From: Savitreella phatthalungensis
Taxonomy: Eukaryota
Reading direction: 5' to 3'
Length of the DNA stretch: 64,000 nt
Assembly: GCA_051599415.1 (NCBI GenBank)
Contig: AP039699.1
Location: forward strand, 124,001-188,000
A model generated the notes under the pieces. That model did not search any database. It was given only the letters and a program-made list of their open reading frames with translations, and had not been told where the DNA came from. Positions 42,311 through 53,510 of the stretch are shown here, piece after piece (position 1 is the first letter of the stretch; every line of letters begins with the position of its first letter). The translations under genes were made by a program, and so were the position numbers.

Positions 42311-44521
42311 ATGTTCTCCCGCGCTCAGGGCAATGCTCTTGAGGGCGCAGTCAACAAGGCTACAGATGAAAACTTGACAAGCGAGAATTGGGAATACATC
42401 CTCGCAGTCTGTGACAAAGTAGATGCGGATCCAGAAAGAGGTCCGCGCGATGCTATTGCCGCAGTGCAGAAGAGGCTTGCTTACAAGAACGCCAATGTAC
42501 AGCTCTTTGCACTATCTCTTGCAGAAGCACTCTCCAAAAATTGCGGCTCGAAAGTACATCGGGAGATGGCATCCCGCGCTTTCACACAATCTCTTGTGAA
42601 GATCATGACAGACCGCACCGTTCACAAGAAAGTTCGGACACGTTGCGGAGAGCTGATCAAGCACTGGACAGACGACTTCAAGTCAGATCCATCGCTCGGC
42701 ATCATGAACGAAACATATCGCAGCCTCAAGCAGCAGGGCATCTCTGTCGAACCACCTTCTCTACCACAGAAGAGAGAGATATCGGATGTGGATCGGCGTA
42801 GAGAAGAAGAAGAGCTTCAACTGGCACTGGCCATGTCACTCAGTGAGACACGCATCTCATCCCACCCGACATCTACAGGCGCCACGACTGCAGGCCCGTC
42901 GTCGAGTCGCGCACCTGTGGACGAGGGTCCGAACGAGTATTCCTTGCCAGCTTATTCGGATTACCATCTTCCAACGGCCACTGCAACGGCATACGTCCCA
43001 GAAAATGCTCAGAATGAAATGACAGCGGCACAGCAGGCGCTCGCCGCCAAGCCCATCGAGGAGCGCACAGCTGCGACCGTGTCGCGTGTCCGGGCTTTAT
43101 ACGACTTCACAGCCAGTGAGGCGGGTGAGCTGACCTTCCGTCGAGGTGACGTGATCTATGTGATTGAATCAGCGTATAAGGATTGGTGGAGAGGCTCATT
43201 GCACGGAACAGTCGGTATCTTCCCAACGAATTATGTCGAGAACCTGGCAGATCCAACACCGGAGGAGCTCGCGCGTGAAGCTGAAGAAGAGCGCAAGGTG
43301 TTTGATGCGGCGAAGAACGTGGAAAAGCTGCTCAGCATCCTCTCAAGCGCTGATGCCAATGATCCCAGGGTGGCCGAGGATGACAACCTCCAAAATCTCT
43401 ATCACTCAACCCTCTCACTGAGACCAAAGCTAGTCCGTCTGATTGAGACCTATGCGCAGAAGAAGGACGAGCTCATTCTCCTGAACGAGAAGTTCATGAA
43501 GGCACGACGTGACTATGATGACCTGATGGAGGCATCGTTGGCGCAGTATAACACGAGCAGCTACGGCCGAGGATATAGACCAAGTCCACAGCAAGCCAGC
43601 ATTCCACGCCAGGCATCAGGTCAGCAAGCCGAATATGCTAATGGTTACGGATACCAAAATCCTGTACAGCAACCCTATCAGCAGGGTCTCCAGCAGTCAG
43701 GGCCCCAGCAGCAGGTGCCCCTAGCACAGCACTACGCTCAAGCGACCACGCCGACGTCGACGTACAAGCAGCAGACAGACTCTTATGCCCAGCAACAGCC
43801 ATATCAAGCTAGAGTTCCCTCTCAGCAGCATACCCAGCAGCAGCAGCATCCTCCACCTCAGCAGCAGCGGCAACATCAACATCAACAGCAACAGCAACAG
43901 CCGGCACAAGCGTCGTACTCGCAGGGCGACTTGCGAACCGCACAACCATACATGGCTCAGGGCTCGCGACAATCGTCTCGGTCAAACATCCCAAACAATC
44001 CTGTTCCGGCAAACGTCCCAACGAGTCCTTCTCAGGAGCTCGCACAAGCTTTTCCCGAACAGCCTCGAACGAGCCAGCCCGCTTTTGCGCCATCGCAGCC
44101 ACATGCGTATCCTTCTAGCCCCGGACAAATGCGCGAGGCAGGAGCTCGTCAAGTGAAATCACGAAGCTCTTCTTACGATCATGCCCGCGCGGAGAAAGAG
44201 GGAGGACCGCCGATCTCCTACTACACAGCTGGCGAAGACAACGATTCCGGGCACACCGTCACATATCAGACGCCGCAGATCCCGATTGGCAAACGCAGTC
44301 CAACTCGTTCCTGGTCCCGTGCCAGCCAGTCCTCTCAGCACAATGGCACCAGCACACAGAACGCGACGCCTGCTATGTCCAATCCATACAGCATGCCATC
44401 CGCCCCGCCAGAGGATGATGCAGCATCGTACTACTATTATAACACCGCCGGTGGGGCCACGGAGCAACCAGCTACTGGAAACGACGGAGGGCACGTGGGA
44501 GGCAAAACCGGTTATTATTAG
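42311..44521 (+). CDS. HSE1: ESCRT-0 subunit Hse1/STAM (VHS-UIM-SH3-GAT, Q/P-rich tail)
   Basis: KATDENLTSENWEYILAVCD (VHS), EEEELQLALAMSLSE (UIM), ALYDF..WWRG..GIFPTNYV (SH3). Confidence 0.95.
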   Translation: MFSRAQGNALEGAVNKATDENLTSENWEYILAVCDKVDADPERGPRDAIAAVQKRLAYKNANVQLFALSLAEALSKNCGSKVHREMASRAFTQSLVKIMTDRTVHKKVRTRCGELIKHWTDDFKSDPSLGIMNETYRSLKQQGISVEPPSLPQKREISDVDRRREEEELQLALAMSLSETRISSHPTSTGATTAGPSSSRAPVDEGPNEYSLPAYSDYHLPTATATAYVPENAQNEMTAAQQALAAKPIEERTAATVSRVRALYDFTASEAGELTFRRGDVIYVIESAYKDWWRGSLHGTVGIFPTNYVENLADPTPEELAREAEEERKVFDAAKNVEKLLSILSSADANDPRVAEDDNLQNLYHSTLSLRPKLVRLIETYAQKKDELILLNEKFMKARRDYDDLMEASLAQYNTSSYGRGYRPSPQQASIPRQASGQQAEYANGYGYQNPVQQPYQQGLQQSGPQQQVPLAQHYAQATTPTSTYKQQTDSYAQQQPYQARVPSQQHTQQQQHPPPQQQRQHQHQQQQQQPAQASYSQGDLRTAQPYMAQGSRQSSRSNIPNNPVPANVPTSPSQELAQAFPEQPRTSQPAFAPSQPHAYPSSPGQMREAGARQVKSRSSSYDHARAEKEGGPPISYYTAGEDNDSGHTVTYQTPQIPIGKRSPTRSWSRASQSSQHNGTSTQNATPAMSNPYSMPSAPPEDDAASYYYYNTAGGATEQPATGNDGGHVGGKTGYY

Positions 44522-44747
44522 AACGTGCGACCACACGTCTCAAAACACATCATCTGCCCAACATTCCTCGTCCTGATCACGCGATGTACGATCTCCCACA
44601 CCTGAAAACACACACGTGTGGTTCATTATGGAGATGAGACGCGCATGTGCTGTTTGGCCCTCACCAAAATGATAACATGGTCCGACGCGCCTATAAGAAG
44701 GGTCTTCGGTCTCGAAGCAGCATATCAGACAGCCCTCGGTCCCCGAG

Positions 44748-45785
44748 ATGGTCAATACGATTGGTAGATTCCGCGCTCGATCTTTTGCACTCTCCAAGGA
44801 CTTGACGATTCTCGAGGAAGGGTCTGGCAGCCTTGGAGAGGTGCCGATCGGGACCTCGCAAGTCAACCGGCAAAGTCTACTCATCGACACTTTGCGTAGA
44901 TCGCGAGGTGCTCCAATCTCTCGCCCAACCTCGCTGCTCGATGTCTTCGTGCAAGAAGAGCGCCAGAGTAACTCTGGTCGTGCAGGTGTTGCGCAACCAA
45001 AACCGTCTCTAGTGCATGCAGACGGCCTCCTGGTACAAGGGTCGGCTGAGCTGGACTCGCCGACGATGTCTGTTCGTGATCGACGTGCAGCAAAGGAGAC
45101 CCAGCAAGCCCTGCAGCGCAAGGCATCAGCACTTACGCTCGAGCACATTCGCGCGAAGCATGGGCTGCAGAATCCGCTGAGATCACCACAAGCGTCGACA
45201 CAGCGGACACCGAGACACTCGAGAGCATCGACCTCTTCGTCCGGCAAGGTCGTCATCGAAGACTTGGCTAATCCAATTTGCATGACGCGATCGGGCTCCT
45301 TGCGACACCGCAAGTCGATGCTGGCAATCGGAAGTGGAACGATGACCTCGACCAGTAGTCGCTCTTCTCGGCGCTCCAACTTAGCTCGCCGCAACCACAC
45401 GTCGGTCGGCACATCCAAGGGTGCGCTCATAGGAGCTTGGAGTTCCGGTTTGTTGAGTGCTACTCCGATCGCGCCGTCTGTGTCTCCTATCAACACGTCA
45501 CCGACCGGCAGTCTCCGCGGAGAACCACGACTGCATGCGGATCTTGACAAAGAGCTTTCGAGGCAATTGACCCTGACACACACCGTCTCACATGCAATCG
45601 CCAGGAAGCTACTCCGTCGAACCAACCTCACGAGCGATTTCTTCGATTCACCATCCCGAAGTCGGACGTCGGAGAATGATTACCCCGACCAGCACTCGTC
45701 AAAGACAAAGTCAAAGCCAAAACGTCCCTCAGCAGACGAACTTGCCAACTACATCGATGCCGTCCTCCTCGAACGCAAACAGTAA
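44748..45785 (+). CDS. Hypothetical Ser/Arg-rich, probably disordered protein
   Basis: 345-codon ATG ORF filling the gap between HSE1 and SPF31; no recognisable domain; 5' end uncertain. Confidence 0.55.
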   Translation: MVNTIGRFRARSFALSKDLTILEEGSGSLGEVPIGTSQVNRQSLLIDTLRRSRGAPISRPTSLLDVFVQEERQSNSGRAGVAQPKPSLVHADGLLVQGSAELDSPTMSVRDRRAAKETQQALQRKASALTLEHIRAKHGLQNPLRSPQASTQRTPRHSRASTSSSGKVVIEDLANPICMTRSGSLRHRKSMLAIGSGTMTSTSSRSSRRSNLARRNHTSVGTSKGALIGAWSSGLLSATPIAPSVSPINTSPTGSLRGEPRLHADLDKELSRQLTLTHTVSHAIARKLLRRTNLTSDFFDSPSRSRTSENDYPDQHSSKTKSKPKRPSADELANYIDAVLLERKQ

Positions 45786-45905
45786 TGTCATGAATTCATG
45801 AAAATATAAGGAGTGATCTCAAGGTGTGAGTGACATGCGTCGCTTGTTCAGCTGAAAGGGTACGATGTCGTCATGTGATCCGTAGGCAATCGAGTCTGAA
45901 TGATG

Positions 45906-46757
45906 TCAGCCTAATACTCGTAACTTTTTCTCTCTGGGCTTCTTCCGCAATCCATTGCTCGACAATGTGGTCGACGTGCTTCCAGATGTGACTGAAGCCG
46001 CTGAAGATGATGTCGTGGTCATTGGCGAAGTTAGACTTTGTGGGCGAGGTGGAGGGGGTGGAGGCTGTGGGCGTCGAGCTTGAGGAGCTCCTTGTGCGTG
46101 CGGTTTCTGTCCGGTGAACTTTCGCCAGCCAGACACGCGCTCATCCCGAGTCTCCTCCCATTCCTTCTCCCTCTCCCGCTTCCTCGACCTTACAGCTTCT
46201 CGCTCCTCCATTGCCGCCTGCTCCCGCCCTTCCTCCCGCATCATCGCAGCCCTCTCGCGACGCCGATCCAGCTCATCCTCAATCAGAAACTCCCGAGCCT
46301 TGTCCCGCCAATCAACCAAAAACTCAGCCGTCGTCAGCGCAGGGTGGTCCGTCGTCCACCGTCGCTCACTAATCAATCGATGTCGAGCTGCGGTAAAACA
46401 ATCATCCAGCCGCTTCCGCTGCTTCTCATCGAGCAATTCTGACTCTGCCTTCTTCAGCACATCAAACGCCTCTATGATTCCTTAGTCAGTGGCACGAGCG
46501 ATAGAAGTAGAGCAAGTCTTACCTGGAGCGTCAGGATTTCTGGTCTTGTCAGGATGAATGAGTCGCGAGAGCTTTCGATAGGTGTTGCGGATGTCGGTCG
46601 TCGTACATCCTGGCTGGAGACCTAGGATCGAGTAGGCATCTAGCTTGAAGCATCCTAGAATCCTCGAGATCTCAGCATCCTTACCCACCTCAGCATCCGA
46701 CTGGCGCAGCAATGCATCTAACCGCCCACCTACATCCTCATCCCTGCTGTCAGACAT
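45906..46757 (-). CDS. SPF31: J-domain protein Spf31/DNAJC8; exons 46757-46523 and 46471-45906
   Basis: EISRIL..LDAYSIL..YRKLSRLIHPDK|EAFDVLKKA; WEETRDERVSGWRKF; ends ..RVLG. Intron 46522-46472 is GTAAGA..CTGAC/CTAAG..TAG. Confidence 0.92.
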
Positions 46758-47217
46758 CTAAATCACCCGCGTCCACAGGAAATGACAAACCCTATGCGAT
46801 CTCTCCAGCGCAACGATTCAGCCAATCGCTCGTCCCGTATGTCGTAGTCTGTAGAGACGAGTCGAGCTCAATACAAACGAGTTGTGTCTATCGGTGCGAG
46901 AACAGGCCAGTTGTTTCAAGACTTTGTAATGTACTTACGCACGTAAGAAGCTAGTTAGGTACCGTGTGTAAGTGCTGCGGTGGTTACGGCCAAACAGAAA
47001 AACTCGAATTGGAAATTGATCAGAGACAATACACTTCGACCTCTTAAGTACACATCTCATATGCAGGACAAGCTATGAGCTATGAGCTATGATTACACAG
47101 GATACACACATCATCTTCCTCTGCTCTCAAGATCTACTGTAAACGAAGATGATCTGTAAGTACAAGCTGTGAGAGTCATGATGGTCTAGATTGAATACGT
47201 GAAGAATCCTCCAGAAG

Positions 47218-50200
47218 ATGGATATCTCCCGCTTGGAGTCCTTCAGGCAAGAGCTCGAGTCTGGACTTGCTAGCAGATCATTTGATAAGAGTCAGCTCGA
47301 ATGGGCTCTGCTGTCGTTGGATGCTTTCCAGGAGCAGCCGCAGATCCTTGACGCTTCGATTCCTGGCTGGCTAGACCAGATCTCTCAAGAGCTTCGATCA
47401 TCCTTGAAAGACCGTCCGTTGTCGGACTTTGCCTCTGCACTTTACAGCGTCATCTACAAGCTTATGAAAGTCCGCTCTTGGAAGCTCATCCTCAAGTTTC
47501 TGCCGAATGACGTGCATCTATTGGAATCTGTGCTAGCCCTGCTGGAGTCGTTGCCGCAAGAAGGAAACAATCAGTGGCGAACGAGGTACGTCCTTCTCCT
47601 ATGGCTCTCCCTCATTGCTATCACGCCTTTCGATCTGGCCTCGGTCTCTGCAGAGCCGCTTGTCGAACGGCTCATCGCTGCAGGGCAAGCGCATCTCGAT
47701 TTTAGTGGAATCGAGCGTAATGCAGCTGCTGAATTGCTCGCTCGTGTCCTGACGCGCAAGGACGTCCACGTCAAATACCTCCCTCCGTTCCTGATCAATG
47801 GTCAAAATCGCTTGACCAAGGCATCGATACACTTCAAGTGTGGCTTCATGCATGCCGTCACCATCATCTATAAAGTCGGTAATCGAGACATTCTAGCACA
47901 ACATGTCGACAGAGCACTCGCTTTGGCAGAGGCGCTGGAAGAGTTACCAGAGTTCGCAACTGACTCGCTACTTCACAAGCTCCGTGTCAAACTCGCACAG
48001 CGAATTTCCCTTTCGATGCTTCCGCCAAATCTAGCTGCGTGGCGCTATAGCAACGTCGAGAAAGTTTACGACACCAACAAACTTATCTCTCCTGCTGCCG
48101 AAGTTCTGACTGAGCCGCCAGAGGCGGTCGAGACCACCGTTGGATGGCTGATTGCTGACCTCGCCGATTCATCGACTGACGTTCGATTCTCTGCAGCGAA
48201 AGGCCTGGCTCGCATTGCGTCTCGCATCCCAGAAGATTTTGCCACCGAGATCGTTATCGCCATCTGCGAGACTTTACGGGCGCAGACCGCGGGAGACCAT
48301 ACTCAGCTCTATGTCATCGAGACTGCAACCGAACCAACCTGGAACGGCAGCTGTCTAGCGCTCGCAGAACTTTGCCGCACAGGCGCTCTGCTGCCGAAGA
48401 TGCTAGATGACGTATTACCTCTCGTCTTTGCTGGCCTGAGGATGGATATACGCAAGGGGACATACAGTCTGGGTAACGGCGTCCGTGACGCCGCATGCTA
48501 TGTCATCTGGTCAGTAGTCCGATCATTCCGATCTGCGCTTATCGAGCACTGGCTCCACCGCATCGCCTTTCACCTGGTCACCACCAGTCTCTTTGACCGT
48601 GAAGTGTCCGTGCGTCGAGCGGCTAGTGCAGCGTTTCAAGAGACCGTCGGCCGGCGCCCCGATCTGATACCCCATGGCATTCAAGTCATGAGTATCGCTG
48701 ACTTCATTGCGGTCGGACAGCGTCGAACAGCGTTCGGTCAGCTCGCTCCTCAGATTTTCGCTTTCGAGGCGTATCGTATGCCGATACTGGACTATCTCCT
48801 TACGCGGTCATGCACACATTGGGACAAAGAAACCAGAACAGTTGCGGCCGAGTGTCTGTCGAGGCTCACACATAAACATCCCGATGTCGTTCCACATGTC
48901 ATGGACGCTATCACTCTTCATAAATCCTCATCGGACGTCAATGCCCGCCATGGCGCAATGCTTGCAGCAGCCGCTTTAGTATCAGCCTCGACAAAGTCGA
49001 CAGATTCTACCTTCAAACACGATCTCGTCATCTTTGCTGCAGATCTCGACCATGCTTCAAATTTCGCGGGTTTGTCGTCAGCATTGATGCTGCAGGGATT
49101 GTGCAAATACACTGCAGAGATTTGCCGCCTGCTGGGACCCGACCTAGCAAAAGGCGAGCAAGATGCCATCAGTGGGTATGAAGAGCTAGCGTGGCAAGCT
49201 TCCCTGCACGTCGATGAGGAGACGCGAGACTGTGGAGCCACAGCATTCTCAACCCTCTGCCCATTCCTGCCGGACACTCAGATTGAAGCCCGGATAGCGC
49301 AAATCGAGTCAACCACGCATCCCGCCAAACGTCGAGGTCTCATGCTTCTACTCGGCAAACTCGTCTTTCCTAACAACCTTGCACATCTCGCTGATAGAGC
49401 CTTCAATCATCTCCTCGCGACGGCACGCAGCAAAGGCGATCCCGAAGTCCGCGCTCTCGCCACCAGTGCCCTCGGCAGACATTGTGAGGGCAATGCGACA
49501 CACGTGCAAGCGGATGTCGTTCTGCCTGCTCTAGCTGAATGTCTTCAGGACTACACGGTGGACGCTCGTGGCGACGTTGGTAGTTGGACTCGTGAAGCTG
49601 CGATCGGCACTGCGCTGACGCTGGTCTGTCACCTCTCAGCATCCGTGTCATCCGAATCACTGGAAGCAGTCATCACCGGCGCCGTCCAGCAGTGCTTCGG
49701 CAAGATTGACAACCTCCGTGTCGCGGCAGTGACGCAAGTGTCGTCACTGTTGAACGCTCTAATAGCCTCGGACCGCCCCAATTTAATCTCATCATCTGCA
49801 CTCAACGACATCCAAGCAGCTGCACCATTGCTCTCAGCGTGCGCGAGCGCACTCACAGCAGGCGCACCACCAGAATCGACCTTCTCCGCGCTGATCGACC
49901 TGCTCTCGCTCGATCTACTACGGACGGCGTGTCTGCGAGAGCTCCTGATCGCTGCGGCTGCAGGAGGCCACTCGACATTACTAGCCTCCCACAACGCACT
50001 CATGTTCAACCTAGCGCAGCACGACGCGGGCGCGATCGTCACCTCCATCGTCACCATCCTCCGCGATCCCTCCACAGACGACACAGACCGCGTCATCCCA
50101 CCAGTCATCAAAGCCACCGCCGCCCTCATCGACTCCAACACACTCAACCTCACTGACCCGACCCCACTCTTCGACGCCACCCAGTCGTCCACCCTGAACG

Positions 50201-50508
50201 CTCGATCTTTCAATCGCGTGGCGAGCGCGCTCGACATGTACGGTGTGCTTGCGCCTTTGGTGGGTAGTGGTGCTGGGGAGCGTGCATGGAAGCGGTTGGT
50301 GTGTGCAGTCGGTCACCGAACGCCTCGGGTGCGCGGTCTTGCTGCAGAGAAGTTGTGGATCGTCGTCGATCGACTGTCCGACGAACTCCCCAACAACCAT
50401 GACCTTCAACCTCTAGCATCACTCCTCGCACACACCGATTTCACACAACCTCTCAACACACTCACACACACACTCAACACGCTCAAGCAAGCCCAATATC
50501 CTAGATAG
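47218..50508 (+). CDS. TBCD: Tubulin-folding cofactor D (TBCD/Alp1/Cin1), HEAT repeats
   Basis: FQEQPQILD, YVLLLWLSLI..PFDL, VRFSAAKG, VRDAACY, FDREVSVRRAASAAFQE.VGR, DYTVDARGDVGSWTREAA. Confidence 0.95.
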   Translation: MDISRLESFRQELESGLASRSFDKSQLEWALLSLDAFQEQPQILDASIPGWLDQISQELRSSLKDRPLSDFASALYSVIYKLMKVRSWKLILKFLPNDVHLLESVLALLESLPQEGNNQWRTRYVLLLWLSLIAITPFDLASVSAEPLVERLIAAGQAHLDFSGIERNAAAELLARVLTRKDVHVKYLPPFLINGQNRLTKASIHFKCGFMHAVTIIYKVGNRDILAQHVDRALALAEALEELPEFATDSLLHKLRVKLAQRISLSMLPPNLAAWRYSNVEKVYDTNKLISPAAEVLTEPPEAVETTVGWLIADLADSSTDVRFSAAKGLARIASRIPEDFATEIVIAICETLRAQTAGDHTQLYVIETATEPTWNGSCLALAELCRTGALLPKMLDDVLPLVFAGLRMDIRKGTYSLGNGVRDAACYVIWSVVRSFRSALIEHWLHRIAFHLVTTSLFDREVSVRRAASAAFQETVGRRPDLIPHGIQVMSIADFIAVGQRRTAFGQLAPQIFAFEAYRMPILDYLLTRSCTHWDKETRTVAAECLSRLTHKHPDVVPHVMDAITLHKSSSDVNARHGAMLAAAALVSASTKSTDSTFKHDLVIFAADLDHASNFAGLSSALMLQGLCKYTAEICRLLGPDLAKGEQDAISGYEELAWQASLHVDEETRDCGATAFSTLCPFLPDTQIEARIAQIESTTHPAKRRGLMLLLGKLVFPNNLAHLADRAFNHLLATARSKGDPEVRALATSALGRHCEGNATHVQADVVLPALAECLQDYTVDARGDVGSWTREAAIGTALTLVCHLSASVSSESLEAVITGAVQQCFGKIDNLRVAAVTQVSSLLNALIASDRPNLISSSALNDIQAAAPLLSACASALTAGAPPESTFSALIDLLSLDLLRTACLRELLIAAAAGGHSTLLASHNALMFNLAQHDAGAIVTSIVTILRDPSTDDTDRVIPPVIKATAALIDSNTLNLTDPTPLFDATQSSTLNARSFNRVASALDMYGVLAPLVGSGAGERAWKRLVCAVGHRTPRVRGLAAEKLWIVVDRLSDELPNNHDLQPLASLLAHTDFTQPLNTLTHTLNTLKQAQYPR

Positions 50509-50552
50509 AAGCTCTGCCGGTGATGACGATCTCATAAGAAAGCTATCGTGGA

Positions 50553-53510
50553 TTATGATGGCGTGGGCTGAACACTTTGTGGGGTGGAGGGTTGTGGTTT
50601 GCGCTGCCTTGATGCGAATCCTCGGGTGAGTCCTTGACCGTGGTCTGCCATGTTCTTCGGCTGCCTCTTGACGTCTTTTGGCTTGGGCGACAGGGTTCCA
50701 GCTTTCCCAACATCACGTCGACCAAATCGACGCCCTACAGACACACCAGCAACATCGCCACTCGGTTTCACCCGCACAGCACCAAATGGATCACCGTTCC
50801 CGCCAAGCCGGTCAGACACGAGATCGCTGTCGTGGTGAGGTTTGCGCGAGGTCGCGTAGTGGATGGGTGTTGGCGCTGGTGTGATGGAGGAAGCCGTAGG
50901 CAGGACTTCCGGGGCCGGTGATGGATGGGTGCCCTGCGGAGGAAGACGCAGGCTCGGCGCTGGTGGAACCAGAGGCTGAGTCAGACCTGTAGGTCGAGAT
51001 TCCACTTCCAGCCCGCGCGGCAAATTCCATACAGGTCCAGCAGGCGCGAGACGGGGTGGACGTGCCTGGATGGGAATCCTGACGCGCGGACCGTGCTGAT
51101 GATGGTGATGCGTTTTGCTGGATGACCCTGTTGGTGGCGTGCCTGGTGATGGTGATCCCGACGTGGGCAGTGCAGGCACTTTTGGCTCCCAGTGAGGCCG
51201 GCTCTGGATGTCGACGCTGCGCAGCTCGCGGATGTGGACGCGATGCGTCCCGCGCTTCGTCACACCCGAGCCCGCGGTGGAAACGGCAGCGTGAGCGGAA
51301 GATCGAGGAATCCTCAACCGAGGCTTCTCGAATCGATTGCCAGATGCGAATAGCGCCGCATCTGCCTCAGCAGGACGTGATAAGTCCGGCAGTGAGAAAA
51401 TCGGTGGGACGTCTCCTGTTTGAGTCGTTCTAGCGGCTTCGCCAAACTCGAAGACGGATGCTGATTGCGGCTGCTTCGATGGTGAAGTCTGCGCTGACGG
51501 ATTCGGAAAAAATCGAGAAGATGTCCTGCTCGATTGAGCCTGAGATGGCGAAGGGTGCTTCGGTGGGACCGATGCTGATGTGTCCTCGCCCGCGAAGCCA
51601 CGATACTGCTGCTGCTGCTGAGATTGGGACTGTGGTTGTGCAGGTTGCTCAGAGATGCCGTTGAACGCGCTCCATGTAGCCTCGGGCTGGATTCCACGCT
51701 GGCGCAACCACTTCTCCTGAGCTGAAGCTGCCTCATTCGTGCGCGCCTGCGCATCGAAGGCTCGACGAGTGCCGATTGCACCAAAGCCTGCCTGCTGCTG
51801 CTGTTGCTGTTGTTGCGGTCCTTGTGGCTGCTGCTGCTGCTGCTGTTGCTGTTGCTGTTGAGACAGAGATTCTGGGCTGAGCATGTGACTACCCTCGGAG
51901 GGAGACTTGGCAGCTTCACCTTTAGCGGTCACAGGTGCCGCGAGACGCCGCCGCTGCCATCGGTCGCCTTCTGCGGATGTTTCTGGAGTGGAAGCTGCTG
52001 GCGCTTGCGCTGCACGATTCGGCTTCAGAATCTGTGGAGGTCCTTGTGGCTTTACTGATTTGCGCTGTGTATCTTCCTGCTCAGCCAAAGCGGCAAGCTC
52101 GGCCGCCTTCTTCCTAGCACGCTCTTTTCGCGCTACCTCCTCGTCCTCCTCCTGCTTTCGACGTTCGATAGCTCGCTCACGCGCCTCCTGCATCGCCTTC
52201 TTTTGCAGAGCGCGATACTCATCGGAGGTCGGGTCTAGCTCGACTGGAGCAGGCTGCTCGGGCTGAGCTGCTGTTTCTGTATGGACGGCAGAGTCATCTG
52301 CACGACCGTTGATGACCGGCCGGGAAACGTCGTCTTGACCATGAGAAGGTCGAGTAGTGCGACGCTCTGACATGCGTCTGACGGCTTTCACTGGGATCGC
52401 CTCGAGCTTGCCTGTAGACGAATTGAAGATCTCGCGTGTCTCGGACTTTGTGCCCTGCATTTTGCGGTCAAAGTCGTTTGTATCGTACTCGTAGCGGGTT
52501 TCCGGCTCGACTGATTGCACTGGTGTCGCTTGACTAGGCTCTCTATATTGCTGAATGACAGAAGAACGTCTGCGACGATCGATGCCTCGTTCCGATTCAT
52601 CGAGGAGCATGCGAGCATCACCGGATGCTCTAGTGACTGGTTCTGGACGTGAACTCGGGGTCGGGAATTCCTGCGTGTTTGTGCCAACGGAGGCAGGGAC
52701 CGGAGCTGCGTCGGGCTTGCGCCACGGGTTCACCGGTGGTCCCTTCGGGCCAGACGGAAGAGGGACTGGCACAAGAGTGTTTAGGGGCTGCCCCGAGAGA
52801 TCTGTCTGCTTGGCAGCGATATTAGCTGAAGCTGCAGAGACCTTTGGCTCGAGCAGGCGACCGGCATTCGCTGCTGGCCGCGTCGAAGGTTGTGATGCGG
52901 CGACTGGGGTGGCGTGCCGTCCCCTTGCGTCGACCGTGGGCGTGGCGGTCTTGCCGACGACCATCTTGACTCCGTCGCCGAAATCAATTGTGTCTCCCCA
53001 ATCGTCATCTTCATCGCTGTCATCCCATCTGTTCTCCTTTGAGGTGTCGCGGTCGCTCTTGCGGCTCACAAGGGAAATGCCATGTTTGGCCTTGAGCTCC
53101 TCGTCTGTGTAGTTCTTGGCGGATTTGCCGCCTGGCACACCTGCTGTATTCCAGACTGGCTTCTTTTCAGCATCGCGGGCTCCTGCTGGACCTGGTGTAC
53201 TGCTATCGGCGAGGGCTGAAGAAGCACCTGCATTAGCTTGACCTGTCGAGCTTGTTGCAGGTGGGCCTGCCGTACCTGAAGTGGTCCCTGATGCTGGCGA
53301 TGCAGATTGATCCCTACTGAGCTTGAGTGAGAGAGAAGGTCTTGCAGATGTGGTAAGCTTGAGCTTTGAGGTTGCGCTTGTCTGTGGGGTAACGGGGGCA
53401 GGTATTCGGAGCGATGTGCCTGGTGGGCCTTTGAGAGTGGCAGGGCTAGTGCCGAGGAACCTCGAGTTGAGGGAGACACTCTTCAAGGTCTTCTTCTGGG
53501 AGAAGTCCAT
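50553..53510 (-). CDS. Low-complexity protein with PRRC2/BAT2-like motifs and a polyQ tract
   Basis: 985-aa ORF with KSVSLNSRFL, KKPVWN, WDDSDEDDDWGDTIDFGDG and a charged coiled coil ERAIERRKQEEDEEVARKERARKK. Confidence 0.75.
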   Translation of the reverse strand: MDFSQKKTLKSVSLNSRFLGTSPATLKGPPGTSLRIPAPVTPQTSATSKLKLTTSARPSLSLKLSRDQSASPASGTTSGTAGPPATSSTGQANAGASSALADSSTPGPAGARDAEKKPVWNTAGVPGGKSAKNYTDEELKAKHGISLVSRKSDRDTSKENRWDDSDEDDDWGDTIDFGDGVKMVVGKTATPTVDARGRHATPVAASQPSTRPAANAGRLLEPKVSAASANIAAKQTDLSGQPLNTLVPVPLPSGPKGPPVNPWRKPDAAPVPASVGTNTQEFPTPSSRPEPVTRASGDARMLLDESERGIDRRRRSSVIQQYREPSQATPVQSVEPETRYEYDTNDFDRKMQGTKSETREIFNSSTGKLEAIPVKAVRRMSERRTTRPSHGQDDVSRPVINGRADDSAVHTETAAQPEQPAPVELDPTSDEYRALQKKAMQEARERAIERRKQEEDEEVARKERARKKAAELAALAEQEDTQRKSVKPQGPPQILKPNRAAQAPAASTPETSAEGDRWQRRRLAAPVTAKGEAAKSPSEGSHMLSPESLSQQQQQQQQQQQPQGPQQQQQQQQAGFGAIGTRRAFDAQARTNEAASAQEKWLRQRGIQPEATWSAFNGISEQPAQPQSQSQQQQQYRGFAGEDTSASVPPKHPSPSQAQSSRTSSRFFPNPSAQTSPSKQPQSASVFEFGEAARTTQTGDVPPIFSLPDLSRPAEADAALFASGNRFEKPRLRIPRSSAHAAVSTAGSGVTKRGTHRVHIRELRSVDIQSRPHWEPKVPALPTSGSPSPGTPPTGSSSKTHHHHQHGPRVRIPIQARPPRLAPAGPVWNLPRGLEVESRPTGLTQPLVPPAPSLRLPPQGTHPSPAPEVLPTASSITPAPTPIHYATSRKPHHDSDLVSDRLGGNGDPFGAVRVKPSGDVAGVSVGRRFGRRDVGKAGTLSPKPKDVKRQPKNMADHGQGLTRGFASRQRKPQPSTPQSVQPTPS

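Noticed and set aside
44540..45631. 363-aa antisense ORF opposite the hypothetical gene
   Set aside because: Probably a shadow ORF; the + strand ORF has an ATG and a more protein-like composition, though the strand is not proven.
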